Positions 37,690 through 50,400 of a stretch of DNA of 64,000 nt are shown here, piece after piece (position 1 is the first letter of the stretch; every line of letters starts with the position of its first letter). This DNA is from Pocillopora damicornis. Lineage: Eukaryota. The translations under genes and the position numbers were made by a program. The notes under the pieces are model-generated. The model made no database searches and was not told where the DNA came from. It saw nothing but the letters and a program-made list of their open reading frames with translations. The stretch covers positions 310,001 to 374,000 of the forward strand of contig NW_020846294.1 in assembly GCF_003704095.1 (NCBI RefSeq), written 5' to 3'.

Positions 37690-38260
37690 TCGTTTGTCTC
37701 ACAGTGTGGTCACTTCGGATGTGGATCGAGACGTGCCGAATGCATACTGCTAGTCTTCTTAAGACGATGAGGGCGGGGTCTGTTGTTCGAGGTTGTGATT
37801 GGATGGAATTTCACGACTATGATTGGCGCATCTTCGAAAGGTTCCCTCAGCTGTCCGCTGCCACACGGCTCCTCTGTTGTTGTGTCTGTTGATCTTCAGC
37901 ATTCAGGCTTCTTAGATTTCTGCCTCACTGTCCCTGTTGATGTTATTAAGGTGAAGTCTTATGCGAATTGTCTCTTTCACCTTGCGCGTATAGAAATGGG
38001 GATTTCGATCAAAAAACTTTATTTCGTTCAAGAGCGGGCGGTGACTAGTGTTGTGGGCGAGCTCTGAAAAGGCGAAGTTCTGCGTCCTGGTGAGTCGGAT
38101 GTTCCTGTCGTGCTCCCTGATCCTCTCTTGCATAGATCTTCCATTCTTATCGATGTAGGCTTTGCCGAATCCACGGGGAATCCTGTGGACTACGTCAACC
38201 TGTTTTGCTTGGTCATCAGCATCGTTCGGTCGTACTAGGTATGACCGTAGAGTCGTCTCA
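37690..38260 (-). mobile_element. Penelope-like retroelement 3' fragment (degenerate GIY-YIG endonuclease and 3' end)
   Basis: Minus frame ETTLRSYLVRP..VVHRIP..KAYI..GRSMQERIREHDR..RKVKETIRIRLHLNNINRDS, which I recognise as a PLE GIY-YIG domain with damaged motifs. Degenerate hammerhead-like segment at ~37730-37765. Confidence 0.8.
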
Positions 38261-39078
38261 CTTCCAATGCTTTTTTTATTATAGAATGATACTACAGTTG
38301 TTTTACTTTTTTTTTGTATATTTTGTTTTTTGCAAACTGATCCAATAAAGTGAAAATAAGGTTTAAAATCACAATAAAGGGAAATGCCATCCCATAAAAG
38401 GCGTATTAACTTATTTGTGTTTCATAAAATTTCATTTCTCTGTTAGAGGAATCTCCTTCCTTCTCGTATGGACGTAATTAAAATCCAACGCTGATGGTTT
38501 AAGTTTAATTCATCAGTGAACTAAATTAACTGTGTGAGCAGACCATGTTGATAACCACGCGAAGTTTGGAGATCACGCAAGATGCTGAAGAATTACTGCT
38601 CGAGGCGTAGCCACAGGCAAATCTGGCGTAATCAGTGCTCTTCAAATTGCTCAAGCGCTTCATATCTCCATAAACGCACAGCTGGCATATGAAGCAATTT
38701 TGTCATGACGTTTGCGCGGAATAGATTTGATGTTGTTCAGAGAGAAATTCCTTCTGCTCTGCTTCCATTCATATACACGCGTCAGCAGCGTTCTCAAGGG
38801 AATTGTGAAGCACGCTCACGCTTTTGAATCTGATTCCATGAATTTGCTACCTATGTTACGATCAATTTTATAATAATCAACACTCATTGCCATACAATAA
38901 ATTTCATTCCCCTCGGTTTGGGGTGTTTGTGTCAAACTATTTATTTTTTAGGGATGTAATTTCTCTATTTAGTACCTAATTACTAAACCCTATCTTTATT
39001 TGTCATTTTAAAGGCTAAAATCAGCGAAAAGACGTTGGGAAGCTCTCGATGCTTTAACTAAAATTTGTGTCTTCATAA

Positions 39079-39325
39079 TTTGATTCAATCTATCGCTATA
39101 TGGCGGCTCGAGCGGGGTGAACCATTATGCCGAAAAAAAACTTTCTTTATAAAAATCTTTCCTCGGTATCAAGCTGTTTGTTTCACCTTCAGAGAGTAAT
39201 AGTGTACATTTGATTCAATTTGCCGCTATATGGCGGCTCATCGGGGTGAACCATTATGCTAGAAAAAAACCTTTATAAAAATCTTTCCTCAATATCAAGC
39301 TCTTTGTTTCACCTCCAGAGAGTAC
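39079..39325. repeat. Direct tandem duplication, ~130-bp unit x2
   Basis: TTTGATTCAAT..CGCTATATGGCGGCTC..CGGGGTGAACCATTATGC starts at 39079 and 39209. Confidence 0.85.
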
Positions 39326-41183
39326 TAATGTACCTGAAAAAACGACGTATTCTGATTGGCTGAAAACAAGGGCATTCTCAAGTAACACGAGTGCAAAGCT
39401 GTAACCCACGGGAGCAAATGACAGATAGCGCGCACGCATTCAATAATTTCGTCTCTCTTTTCTTTCTGAGATGTTGTTTTCATGTAAATTATGAAAAAGT
39501 AATTGCATAATTTCTCTCGCAATTTGGTGTAATAAGCACTCGCAAATTTTTCAAAGACTAAAAATTGCACACGCCCTATGGGTTTGTGCAGTTTTCCTAT
39601 CTTTGAAAAATTTATTCGTGCTCATTAACATCAAATTACACTGAGAATCATGTTATTGCCTACACAGAACAAACCGAAACTAGGAAAAAAAAAACGGCTT
39701 TTAGCATCGCAAAGTGTTGCAAAACTGCGGATTACGGTGGTTTGGTTGAGCCTTCAAGGCTCCAGTTTGTCTGATGTGACATGACTGGAGGAAGTGGGCT
39801 AAAAAAGGTCCTCCCGCATATAGTCTTACTTGGCTGAATTCATTATGAACCCTTTCACAAATCGTTAACAGGAGTTTATTTTAATTATTTTGCTGAACTT
39901 TACAAAATTGACGGAGGAAAATCGATGAGAGGAGATGGATAGCAGTTATTCACCGAAGTGGGGTTATATATCCACAGCCATCATCGACACTGAGGTAAAT
40001 AACTAATTCTGTACAACATACAAGAGACGAAAAAAAAAACTCATTACGGTCCATACACCATAAAATATTAGGAAATTAAACTTCTGACGCGCGGTTTTGT
40101 CTCTATGGCTGCTCGGAGGTGACAAGTACTTGGTAATCACTTCCGAGCTAGCCCATAATTACACGCTAAAAGGATTGTTCAAGTGTGTAGTATCTACTAG
40201 AGGAAGATATTGATATAAATATAATACTTAATCTATTGAGCGTAAGCCCTATTCCCGTTTTACGGTAACATTAGTCTCTTCTTAGTATGACTGAAAAAGC
40301 TCGGGTCTTCAGAAGTTTAATTGATGGGGAGAGACTCATTTAAAGACACTTGCATGCACTGCCTTCGTTGATGATTTTTCTTAAGGAAAGTTCTGGCGCC
40401 AGTTGTTCGAATAGCTCTCAAAATGGTTTGTCTTTCGAGGAATAGAGTCACGAATGGCGATTCGGAGCGCATTTTGATTCAATATCCAAAAACTAAAGCT
40501 AAACTAATATCGGCCGCTAAGAGGGATGAAAGAGAGTGCCCCAGGTGACCCAGAGCCCTGAAACTCAAAGTAGGCTGACAAAAGCTTTGAGCTTTGTTGT
40601 TGACGGGCTGAGAAATTGTAGCAGATGTTCTTCACCAATTTTACAGCGAAAGTGAAGAAAAACCACTAGATAAGTGGATCACTTAGACACGCTTTTCAAA
40701 GCTGCTTTATCTTATAGATAATATTATTAAAACTTGTCTCGAGTGGACCTTTTCCTTTGTGATAACTGCCACGAAAACACTGAATAACCACTTCTTTAGG
40801 TGTTAAATGCGGCTAGCCGCTTAAGAGAACCGACTCTGACTCAGTTATTTTGAGATCGAACCTTATTTGTGTTTTGGTACATTTTCGTGTATATTCGACT
40901 ATTCGTTATTCTGCATCATATCAGCTCAATTTCCTTTATAATAGACAGTTCATAAATCCATTTTACTTTATTTTCCTCATGTATCTTTGTCTTTGTGCTT
41001 TCAATTTGGTCGGTTTTACTCTACTTAAATTGTGAGCCTCTCATAAAGATGTCCACACAAAGCTGTCTCCGTAAAGCTGTCCAAAGACTCCTTCAGAAAG
41101 AGAACCAAAAATGGTATTTTGTACTTTTGAAAGCTCTCCGTGTTACTATCAAATTCCATGTTGTTCCTGAGGCACACAAACGT

Positions 41184-42251
41184 TCAAACTGATGAAAAGC
41201 TTGTAATCCCCGAATCTCTTACACTTATTCGCTCGTTTCCGCGGTGGATTGAAGCTTTTTTTAATTCTAAATCATCCAAGTTTGAAATGTTTCCGACGCC
41301 GTCTTTTCCCCAAAAATGTTTTGATACTGTCTTCAACATGTCCTTTAAACCTTGGCGATATCTGTCAAAACGCACCAATGAAATGATGGGGGATATGGCA
41401 GAGTTTGAAATTAAAGCGAACCTTGAGAACACACCAAACTGAATCATATTACAAGGAGGTTTCCATTTCCACACGAAGTAAAACAAAATGGCAAAAATGT
41501 CAATTGGGAGGACACAACATGCAAATGCGATCATAATAGCACATACGTTCTTAAAAACTCTGCTGTTTTCGGCGCGATGCTGGGAAACCTCTGAATTTCT
41601 CAGAACCCAAAGAATTCGTGAGTAAGTAAAAATTGTGAAGCAAAAAGGTAGGAACACATTTAAAACCAAAACCACTGCCACAAATCGCTCCATCGTTTGA
41701 CGATTGTCAAATTGTGGGTCCCAGCGGAAGTCGCAGGTTGTTCTATTGTTAACAGACTCGAGGCGAGCGGCGTAGAAATATATTCCGTGTAGGGATACAG
41801 ATGCAAGCCATATAAGTGGAATGATGAATTTACATCTCTTTGGTGTAATGACTGCGGGGCGAAACGGATATACTATCGCCCTATATCTTTCCATAGAAAT
41901 AACAACTAAGCTTTGAATCGAAACAGCTGTTGAGATATCTTGGCAGAAAAACACAAGCTTGCATAAAATTAAGCCCATGATCCCATCGATTAGCCAAGCT
42001 CGTTCACCAAATATGACTTGGCACAGTTGATTTGGAACAGCGAAGATTGAGACCAGCAAGTCTGATGCTGCCATGTTTGCAATGAGGTAGTTTATTGAAG
42101 TCAATGTGCGGGAGTTTCGTGCAGTTATGGCGATAATGGCGGTATTTCCAAGTAGCGAAGTAATAAGTATCAAACTGTAACACAGAATCTTGACCAGTTT
42201 TATCGGAAAAGACTGGTCTTCCAGATTCCCACAAACAGTTGTGTTTGCCAT
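41184..42251 (-). CDS. Rhodopsin-like (class A) GPCR, neuropeptide-receptor-like orphan, 355 aa, single coding exon
   Basis: Seven hydrophobic segments; GN (TM1), NMAASD (TM2), ERY (TM3), W (TM4), ECL2 Cys. Start ATG 42251 (MANTT, N-glycosylation sequon) lies downstream of acceptor TTTTCTCGGCAG| at 42271. Confidence 0.92.
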   Translation of the reverse strand: MANTTVCGNLEDQSFPIKLVKILCYSLILITSLLGNTAIIAITARNSRTLTSINYLIANMAASDLLVSIFAVPNQLCQVIFGERAWLIDGIMGLILCKLVFFCQDISTAVSIQSLVVISMERYRAIVYPFRPAVITPKRCKFIIPLIWLASVSLHGIYFYAARLESVNNRTTCDFRWDPQFDNRQTMERFVAVVLVLNVFLPFCFTIFTYSRILWVLRNSEVSQHRAENSRVFKNVCAIMIAFACCVLPIDIFAILFYFVWKWKPPCNMIQFGVFSRFALISNSAISPIISLVRFDRYRQGLKDMLKTVSKHFWGKDGVGNISNLDDLELKKASIHRGNERISVRDSGITSFSSV

Positions 42252-43825
42252 AGTGGTTTGAGTAGAATACCTGCCGAGAAAAGAGAAATTCATAACTGGG
42301 TTAAAATCATTCGTTACATGAAGATGACAGATCAACTTCAAAATCATACATTTGCTCACGTACTGTAAAAGTTAACATGCACTTTATGCGTATGTGAGTT
42401 CCGCCAGCGTTATTCCATTTGCGCGAAACGTCAAAGAATATTTTAATTTTCTGTGAAACGTGATGTTTAAGTTTAATTATTTTTCCGTGATCCATGATCC
42501 TTGTCGAGGAAACATGTAGCCGTGGGCGTGAAGGAGGATTTAAACTCTATTTGATTGGTGAGTCGTCTTGTTTTGCGGAGATTGAAAAACTTTATGGTTA
42601 TTTTGGCGTTTCAATTAGTGTTAATTAAATCAAATGCAAAATTTGTTGATAATATCCTTGAGATTTTCCAGCAATGGTGGAAAATGAGAAGATTGAGCGA
42701 TTTGCATTGTGAAATAATAAGATGCGATAATATTAATAATATCTCAAATAGTTTATTTAAAATCAATCTTATAACGGACTATAGGTTTTCTCTCCATTTA
42801 AGGATTTAATCCTGACACTTCGTGATCGATATTAGCGATGGCTTATCATGAAACTCATAACTCCTCTTGTCTTGACTAATTGTAGAAACCAGAGTTAGAG
42901 TAATTCTAAAAGCTTAATAGTTAATAATTTACAACAATTTACAATTAATAATTTACAACCCTTGAACTTGAAAACAATCCAATCCGAAGATTCATTAAAA
43001 ATTTCACTTACTCCGAAGCGCTTGGAGTTTACAGGTGTTCAAAAGCTTTTTCTGTTATGGCGTGAGATTGGGGACAAAAGCGATCATTACATTTCGTATC
43101 GTGTGTTTTTTCAGTGTGAAGCAACAAAAGGTGCCGGCGACTAACGAAATTACAGGTTAACACGAAAATCAAATAACACCTAAACAAATAATTTTGGCTG
43201 CCGATTTTCAGTGAATTTTCAAAGAACAATTTTCTTTTAAGGTTCAAGACAATTTTAAGTTTCAAAATAAATATTATGCACTAAAATGCGAAAGTTATAC
43301 ACTACAAAATTAATAAATAGGCCTGAAATGAAATTCTACCTTGGTCTTGATTACACGTTGCCTAGCACTTGACCAAAATCTACCCAGGCGGAAATCCAAA
43401 ATGACGGTGACAGTCTGGGTTCGCTCAAAACTCGTTCCCGTTTGTCTCATTTGATAAAGAGGGAATCATTAATGTTTTCATTAAGACAGTGTTGCCTTGA
43501 TTTTCCAATATTTACAATGATAGACAGTAAATTTCACTTTTCATCTACATTTACTTCCAACCTTTTCTTTTGAACCAGAAACAAAAGTGATATATGTTTA
43601 AAACACATGACATCATCCACCCTTGTCAAATGATCATTTCAATTGTAATGCCTTCTTATCCAAACGTTACTTTGTTTCTTTGCTACATTAGCGAACACTG
43701 AACTACTGCTCGTACTCTAAATATGACAAATCAACCACAAAATTCCCTAAAAGCAGATAAGATGAAACATAATCCAAAAAATCATGTAAGTCATCTGTCA
43801 ATTCACGAGTTTGCTCACAGAGTAC

Positions 43826-46800
43826 TTTTATTGTTTACTGATGCTAAACAGTTTCCTTTTTGTTAATATGGAGAGAAATAAATGATATTCGCCTTTAGTA
43901 ACAAAACTTTGTCATGAAAAGACATGGATTGGTTGCATAATGGCATTTTTTACTGCCATGTTTCCAAAAGTTAAGCAAAATTTCAATTTAACCCTGAGCG
44001 AAGCATAGCCTTAGTTTATAGGTCGGGCGTTATCAACTAAATCAAATGGCGACCTCATTGAAGATTGTTAGTTTGTGTGTGCCAATACGAATAGATTTTA
44101 ATACAAACCTTTTTTTGCTTAGCATCGGTTGCTGCACAACTGAATTAAAAGTGGACCAGTTAAATGGATCAGATACGTAAAGTAGAGGTTTGGAATAACT
44201 GTATCGCTCATATCGACTGAATTTGATGCTAATTGGAGTTGCTCTATTGCTAATAGCCTGGTTGAATTCAATTTAATTAAAAAGAGTCATTATTTAATCG
44301 AGAAGGCAACTAATCTGATCGTGAGTTTCTCTTTGAAAACAATAGATGAAAATGCGCATATAAATGTTCATAGGGAGACTATATTTACTTCTGATGAAAT
44401 AAAAAAAATAGAAATTTTTGTTTTTTAATTTATCATGAAGGCTCGACTCCACAAAAAACGCGGTTTTCAGTATATGCTTTTCAAAAACGCATTCGTAGGA
44501 TGCTCGTCTAAATTTTTAGTAGTCTAAAGTTAATAGTAGACAGACAGCATCAAACAGAGAAACCAAGCTGATCTGAAAATTAGCTGCTGTAAGACGTGAA
44601 CTGTAATTCCCGCCGATCCTCTTTGTGATAAGAACCCGCAACTGAGTAATAATTACATGTAGTACATGTACAAAACTTTGAGTCCCTAGAAGATCCTTTC
44701 CCTGTAAATATAGCAAATATAACATGTCTTGTACCTACAAAATCTGTCGATAAAACTGTGTAAGGCCAGCCTGTTTAACTATTGTCTATAGATAAACGAA
44801 TAACGCTATCGAAAATATATCTGCCGGGAATTATTAATTATTTCCTTTTCCGCGCGATTGCGGTAATAACTTTCGAACGAACGAGAAACTCTTCAGACGT
44901 TTTTCGGGGAATAACACGAGACGGCTGCTTTGGTTTTTAAGCAAATCAATATTTACATTGAAGCGAGGTAAGGTTTTAAACGAACTGATGATTTCGCTAA
45001 GTGTCTGAACGAAGGGAGTACTTGTAAATATGCTGCTCTTTCCTTGATTTGGGGATAATTAGCTGATCCAATACTAAACTCGCTGAACAAGCATCATAAG
45101 AATTGTATGGTTGACTCTAAGGAGATTTACAATTTTGATATGTAGCTTTCTGATCCTTCTCAGGCACAAACCTCTCACTTTTTGTTTACTGATGCTAAAC
45201 AGTTTCCTTTTTTGTTTATATGGAGAGAAATAAATGATACTCGCCTTTTAGTAACAAAACTATGTTATGAAAAGACATGGATTGGTTGCATTAATAGCAT
45301 TTTTTACTACCATGTTACCCACAGTTAAGCAAAATTTTAACACCGAGCAAAGCGTAGCCTTGGTTTATAAGTCGGGTGTTATCAGCTAAATCAAATGGCG
45401 ACCCCATTAAAGATTGTTAGTTTGTGTGTGCCAATACGAATAGATTTTAATAAAGAATTTTTTTGCTTAGCATCGGTTGCTGCACATATAAATTAAAAGT
45501 GGACCAGTTAAATGGATCAGATACGTAAAGTAGAGGTTTGGAATAGCGGTATCGCTCATTTCGACTAAATTTGAAGCTAACCTGAGTTGCTCTATTGCTA
45601 ATAGCCAGGTTGAATTCAATTTAATTAAAAAGAGTCGTGATTTAATCGAGATGGCAACTAATCTGACCTTGAGTTTTCTCGTTGAAAACAATAGATGAAA
45701 ATGCACATATAAATGTTCGTAGGGCGACAATAATTACTTCTGGTGAAATGAAAAAAAAAAAAAATTTTGTTTTTTAATTTATCATGAAGTCTCAACTCCA
45801 CAAAAAACGCGGTTTTCAGTATATGCTTTTCAACGAAGCATTCGTAGGATGCTTGTCTAAGTTTTTAGTAGTCTAAAGTTAAGAGTAGTCAGACAGTATG
45901 AAACAAAGAAACCAAGCTGATTTGAAGATAAGCTGCTGTAAGACGTGAACTGCAATTCCCGCCGATTTTCTCTGTGATAAGAACCCGCAACTGAGTAATA
46001 ATAACATGTCATGCATGTACAATACTTTGGGTTCCTAGAAGTTCCTTTCCCTGTAAATATAGCAAATATAACATGTCTTGTACCTACAAAATCTGTCGAT
46101 AAAACTGTGTCAGGCCAGCCTGTTAAACTATTGTCTATAGGTAAACAAATAACGCGATCGAAAATGTAACTGCCGGGAATTATGATTAATTTCCTTTTCC
46201 GCGCGATTGTGGTAATAACTTTTGAGCGAACGAGAACCTCTTGCTACGTTTTTCGGGGGATAACACGAGACAACTGCTTTCCTTTTTAAGTGAATCAATA
46301 TTTACATTGAAGCGAAGTAAGGTTTTTAACGAACTGATGATTTTTTTCAAGTGTTTGAATCGAGGAAATACTTGAAGTTATGTTGCTCTTTCCTTAGTTT
46401 GGGGATAATTAGTTGATCCAGCACTAAATTCTCTGAACCAACATTATAAGAATTGTATGATTGACAGTAAGGAGAATTACAAATTTAATATGTAGCTTTC
46501 TGATCCTTCTCCGGCACAAACCCCTCACTTTTTGTTTACTGATGCTAAACAGTTTCCCTTTTGTTTATAAGGACAGGAATAAATGACATTCGCCTTTTAA
46601 TAACAAAACCTTGTTATGAAAATACATGGATGGGTTGCATTAATGGCACTTTTTACTGCCATGTTTCCAAAGTTAAGCAAAATTTTAACACTGAGCAAAG
46701 CATAGCCATTGTCGATAAGTCGGGCGTTATCAGCTAAATCAAATGGCGACCCCATTAAAGATTGTTAGTTTGTGTGTGCCAATACAAATAGATTTTAATA

Positions 46801-47423
46801 CAGAATTTTTTTTTGCTTAGCATCGGTTGCTGCACAACTTAATTAAAAGTGGACCAGTTAAATGATTCAGACACGTAAAGTAGAAGTTTTATTGGATTAG
46901 CTGTATCGCTCCTGTCGACTGAATTTGAAGCTAACCTGAGTTGCTCTATTGCTAATAGCCAGCTGGAATTCAATTTAATTAAAAAGAGTCATGATTTAAT
47001 CGAAAAGGAAACTAATCTGACCATAAGCTTTCTCTTTGAAAACAATCGATGAAAATGCGCATATAAATGTTATTCGGGCGACTATATTTACTTCTGATAA
47101 AAATGTAAAAAAAAATCAAATTTGTTTTTTTATTTATCATGAAGTCTCAACTCCATAAAAAACGCGTTTTTCAGCATATGCTTTTCAACGAAGCATTCGT
47201 AGGATGCTTGTCTAAATTTCTAGAAGTCTAAATTTAAGAGTAGACAGACAGCATGAAACAAAGAAACCCAGCTGATACAAGGATTAGCTGCTGGAAGACG
47301 TAAACTACAATTCCCGCGGACACTCTTTGTGATAAGAACTTGCAACTGAGTAATAAGATCCTTTCCCCGTAAATATAGCGAATATGACATGTCTTGTACC
47401 TATTAAATCTCTCGATAAAACTG
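43826..47423. repeat. Large tandem repeat, ~1350-bp unit, ~2.7 copies
   Basis: Anchor TGTTTACTGATGCTAAACAGTTTCC at 43832, 45183 and 46533. Units are colinear; the third ends ~47423. Confidence 0.92.
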
Positions 47424-50400
47424 ACAAGTTCGCATTAAACGATGGATTTTAATTTATGTTCGCGGGCATAAATTTGCTTTGGGCCCAACAAAGTCATTTC
47501 AACCCGAGCTGCTAAGCAAGGGTTAAAATGTCTCTGACAAGAACCCAAATAAACCTTTCTTACTTTAATTATCACTTTGGAGGGCTGACATGACAACAAA
47601 ACACCTTGAAAGATTATTCGAGCGGGTTAAAATAGATTTTAGCTCGCCAGGATCTCCATCTTAACCCGCAAAGTGAGCCACAATGCCCAAGAAATAGATA
47701 CTATTTCTCTTTCACGTACATACCTTTTTTTGCCTTGTTTTTCTTTCCCGAGGCTATCCACTTTTATTAAGACAGCCCTTCTGAATACTGCAGCAAATTA
47801 TTTTGGCGATATTTATATTGTACGTATTCAAATTGCTGATGGCTCGAATGAACTGATTACTTTACTTTTGAGTCCACCGCAGGAAATGATAAAACGTCTT
47901 CAGCCTTGGAAGCGAAACATAACAACAAAATGATAAACCAGCTTGTACAGCGTTCTTTCCTCTTAAAAAAACCCATTAAAGTGCTCGGTATAATGATAAA
48001 CCCATTAAGCGAATGTACTGCGTCGTCGTTGTTTACCGATGAAATTCATGTTTTTTCTTTTAAAAATTTTGTGTTGCTTCTGTAAATAGAAATTTAAAGT
48101 TCTAAACAAACTTTTGTCACACATGTAAGTCTTAATATGTTAAATGACAGAGGTAGCTATGACAACTTAACTTCCATGAAGCACTTCTGCCGAATTTTTA
48201 ACCAAAAGCGCGATAAAATTATTCTCAGAAGAAATGAAACTGTCAATCTGGAATCCTGTCAGATATCCAGCGGAAACTTTCTTTGAAAAGCGCTAAAGCT
48301 TCTATTTTCCAACCGCTGATTCAGTATCAGCTGTCTGTTGACAACCCTCAATGGGTTAAATTAGGGCATATTCAGTTTTCATGTTAATCAAAAATAGTTA
48401 TCTCCCTCTTGCCGTCAAAATATTTTGAACTCAGTCCATTTAAGGGTTAAACGTCCTTCCCGAAAGTCTCAATGTTTGATTAATTATTTCTCATTTCGGT
48501 ATAATTTGATTTACAGTTTTGTCGTGATCACAGCAAGCAAACAATACAATGCACAGCCGAAATGCAAAATTTTCTGACTGATCAAAAGAGCCGATCAAAT
48601 TTAAACTTTTTGTTTGACATTGCTGGCTTTTAAAATAGAATCTGAGGGAACAAAAGAAAATCGAACTACCTCAGAAAGCCAGAGAAAGACGATTTAAAAT
48701 AAATACTTCCAAATATCAAACAACGTTTTGCCTAGGGTCTGGTTCGTCTTTTACTCCTCGGAATGAAACTAGTATGAAATAAACAAAAGAATAATCACTT
48801 TACAGCTGACTGATGGGGTTCTTTTTTTTTTTTTTTAAGCAACAACATACTAGACTCCGACAACTTAACTGCACTAAGATTTTTACCCAATTAAAGTTTA
48901 TATTCCGAATCTCAGTTTTAAGGTATAGATTGTGGCATTAGTCATGTATAGAACATTTTCTAAGCACAAAACTGTGTAACCAGTTAAGCCTTCTAGATTG
49001 AACCTCTGTAAAATAGGATTGTGTTTTTACTTTTTCAGTCAAGTCTTAGAGAAAGCCTGCAACGGTAAAACCGGGGATGATCACATAATTCGCGATCACC
49101 GGTCTAATCACTGAGCATGATCACGGTGTGATTACCAATGAAAACGTTTGATCCGTGATCAGAGCCGCGTGATAAACAAATTCGAGTCGTTTGAGTCTAG
49201 AGGATCAAAAAATCNNNNNNNNNNNNNNNNNNNNNNNNNNNNNNNNNNNNNNNNNNNNNNNNNNNNNNNNNNNNNNNNNNNNNNNNNNNNNNNNNNNNNN
49301 NNNNNNNNNNNNNNTGGCGAGTTCGCTGGTGGCGAGTCTGCTTGGTGGCGAGGTGACCGGTAACCCATAAGTTACTTGTTACTTCGTGATTTCACCTATA
49401 GGGTTAACTTTTGTACCCATTTCAACGGATATAGCTTATAAACGCCAGGGAACCATTCACACCGACAACTTTATTTGCAGACAGAGAAAGAATATAATTT
49501 CACTCACCGAAGGGTTCCCTAATTTTGCATCATCAGAATCCGCCGAGTTATACAACGAACCGATAAGTTCCCTAGGCGAATACCAAATATGAAAAGTCAA
49601 TTCTGTGCATCCAATACAGATTCATATTCCAAACAAAGAGCCTTCCAGCTAAAAGGCGGAAATTCACCGCTAAAAAAGAGTATTACATCTAGATTATTTA
49701 CCTAAGAAGTCACATTCAATGCGTGACAGTCTGATTTGTTCCTTTATCAACCTAGAAACAGTAGGGCTCAACCAAGAAATATTTGGAAAATATCTGTACA
49801 CGCGTGTTAAAGCGGTACGAAGAAAGAAATGACTGCTTTAAGAATATCGTTGAAGACCACGCGCAACATTGACAACGTGGGCAGAAAGTTTCAGAAAATT
49901 GTTGTTTACAGACTAGTAATTCCATGGATAAAATTTTGAATTTTATTCATGGCAAGCAGGTTGTGGCGAGAAAGACTTGAAAGAAAAACCTTCCTATCAG
50001 AAATAGTGAATTTCTCTTAGCCTTTCATACAAATCTCATCCAACTTAATCGTACCTTCCTTAAGCTTCCTGTTCTGCAATTTCAGACGCGGCACACTTCA
50101 GACTCCTTTGGTAAATAAAAGAAGGCTTGTTCTTGATCAAACATTGTTGTTTATTTATCTACTTGCTTGGATTCTCTCACTCTGCAGTTGAACCGACTCT
50201 CGATATGAAATAAATTTTCCGTAGTGCTCGATGGGCTTGCATCTGCTTATTTTTATCGCACCCGCCATCTGTTAGGGGCACTTCCGCGTAAAGTGAACGT
50301 GGACGCTAAAAACACGCACATCTACTGAACCTCCTATTTTAAGCGCAAATTTAGCCGAAAAAAACAATAACAATGCGAGGTGGAGACACGCTTCTTCGAT

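Noticed and set aside
42252-42359. N-terminal extension of the 391-aa GPCR ORF
   Set aside because: Spans a polypyrimidine tract and acceptor at 42271; the pseudogene paralog aligns from MANTT.
44980-45015. CTGATGA..GAA hammerhead-like motif in the 1350-bp repeat
   Set aside because: No helix II, and the downstream core is not conserved in the second copy (46334).
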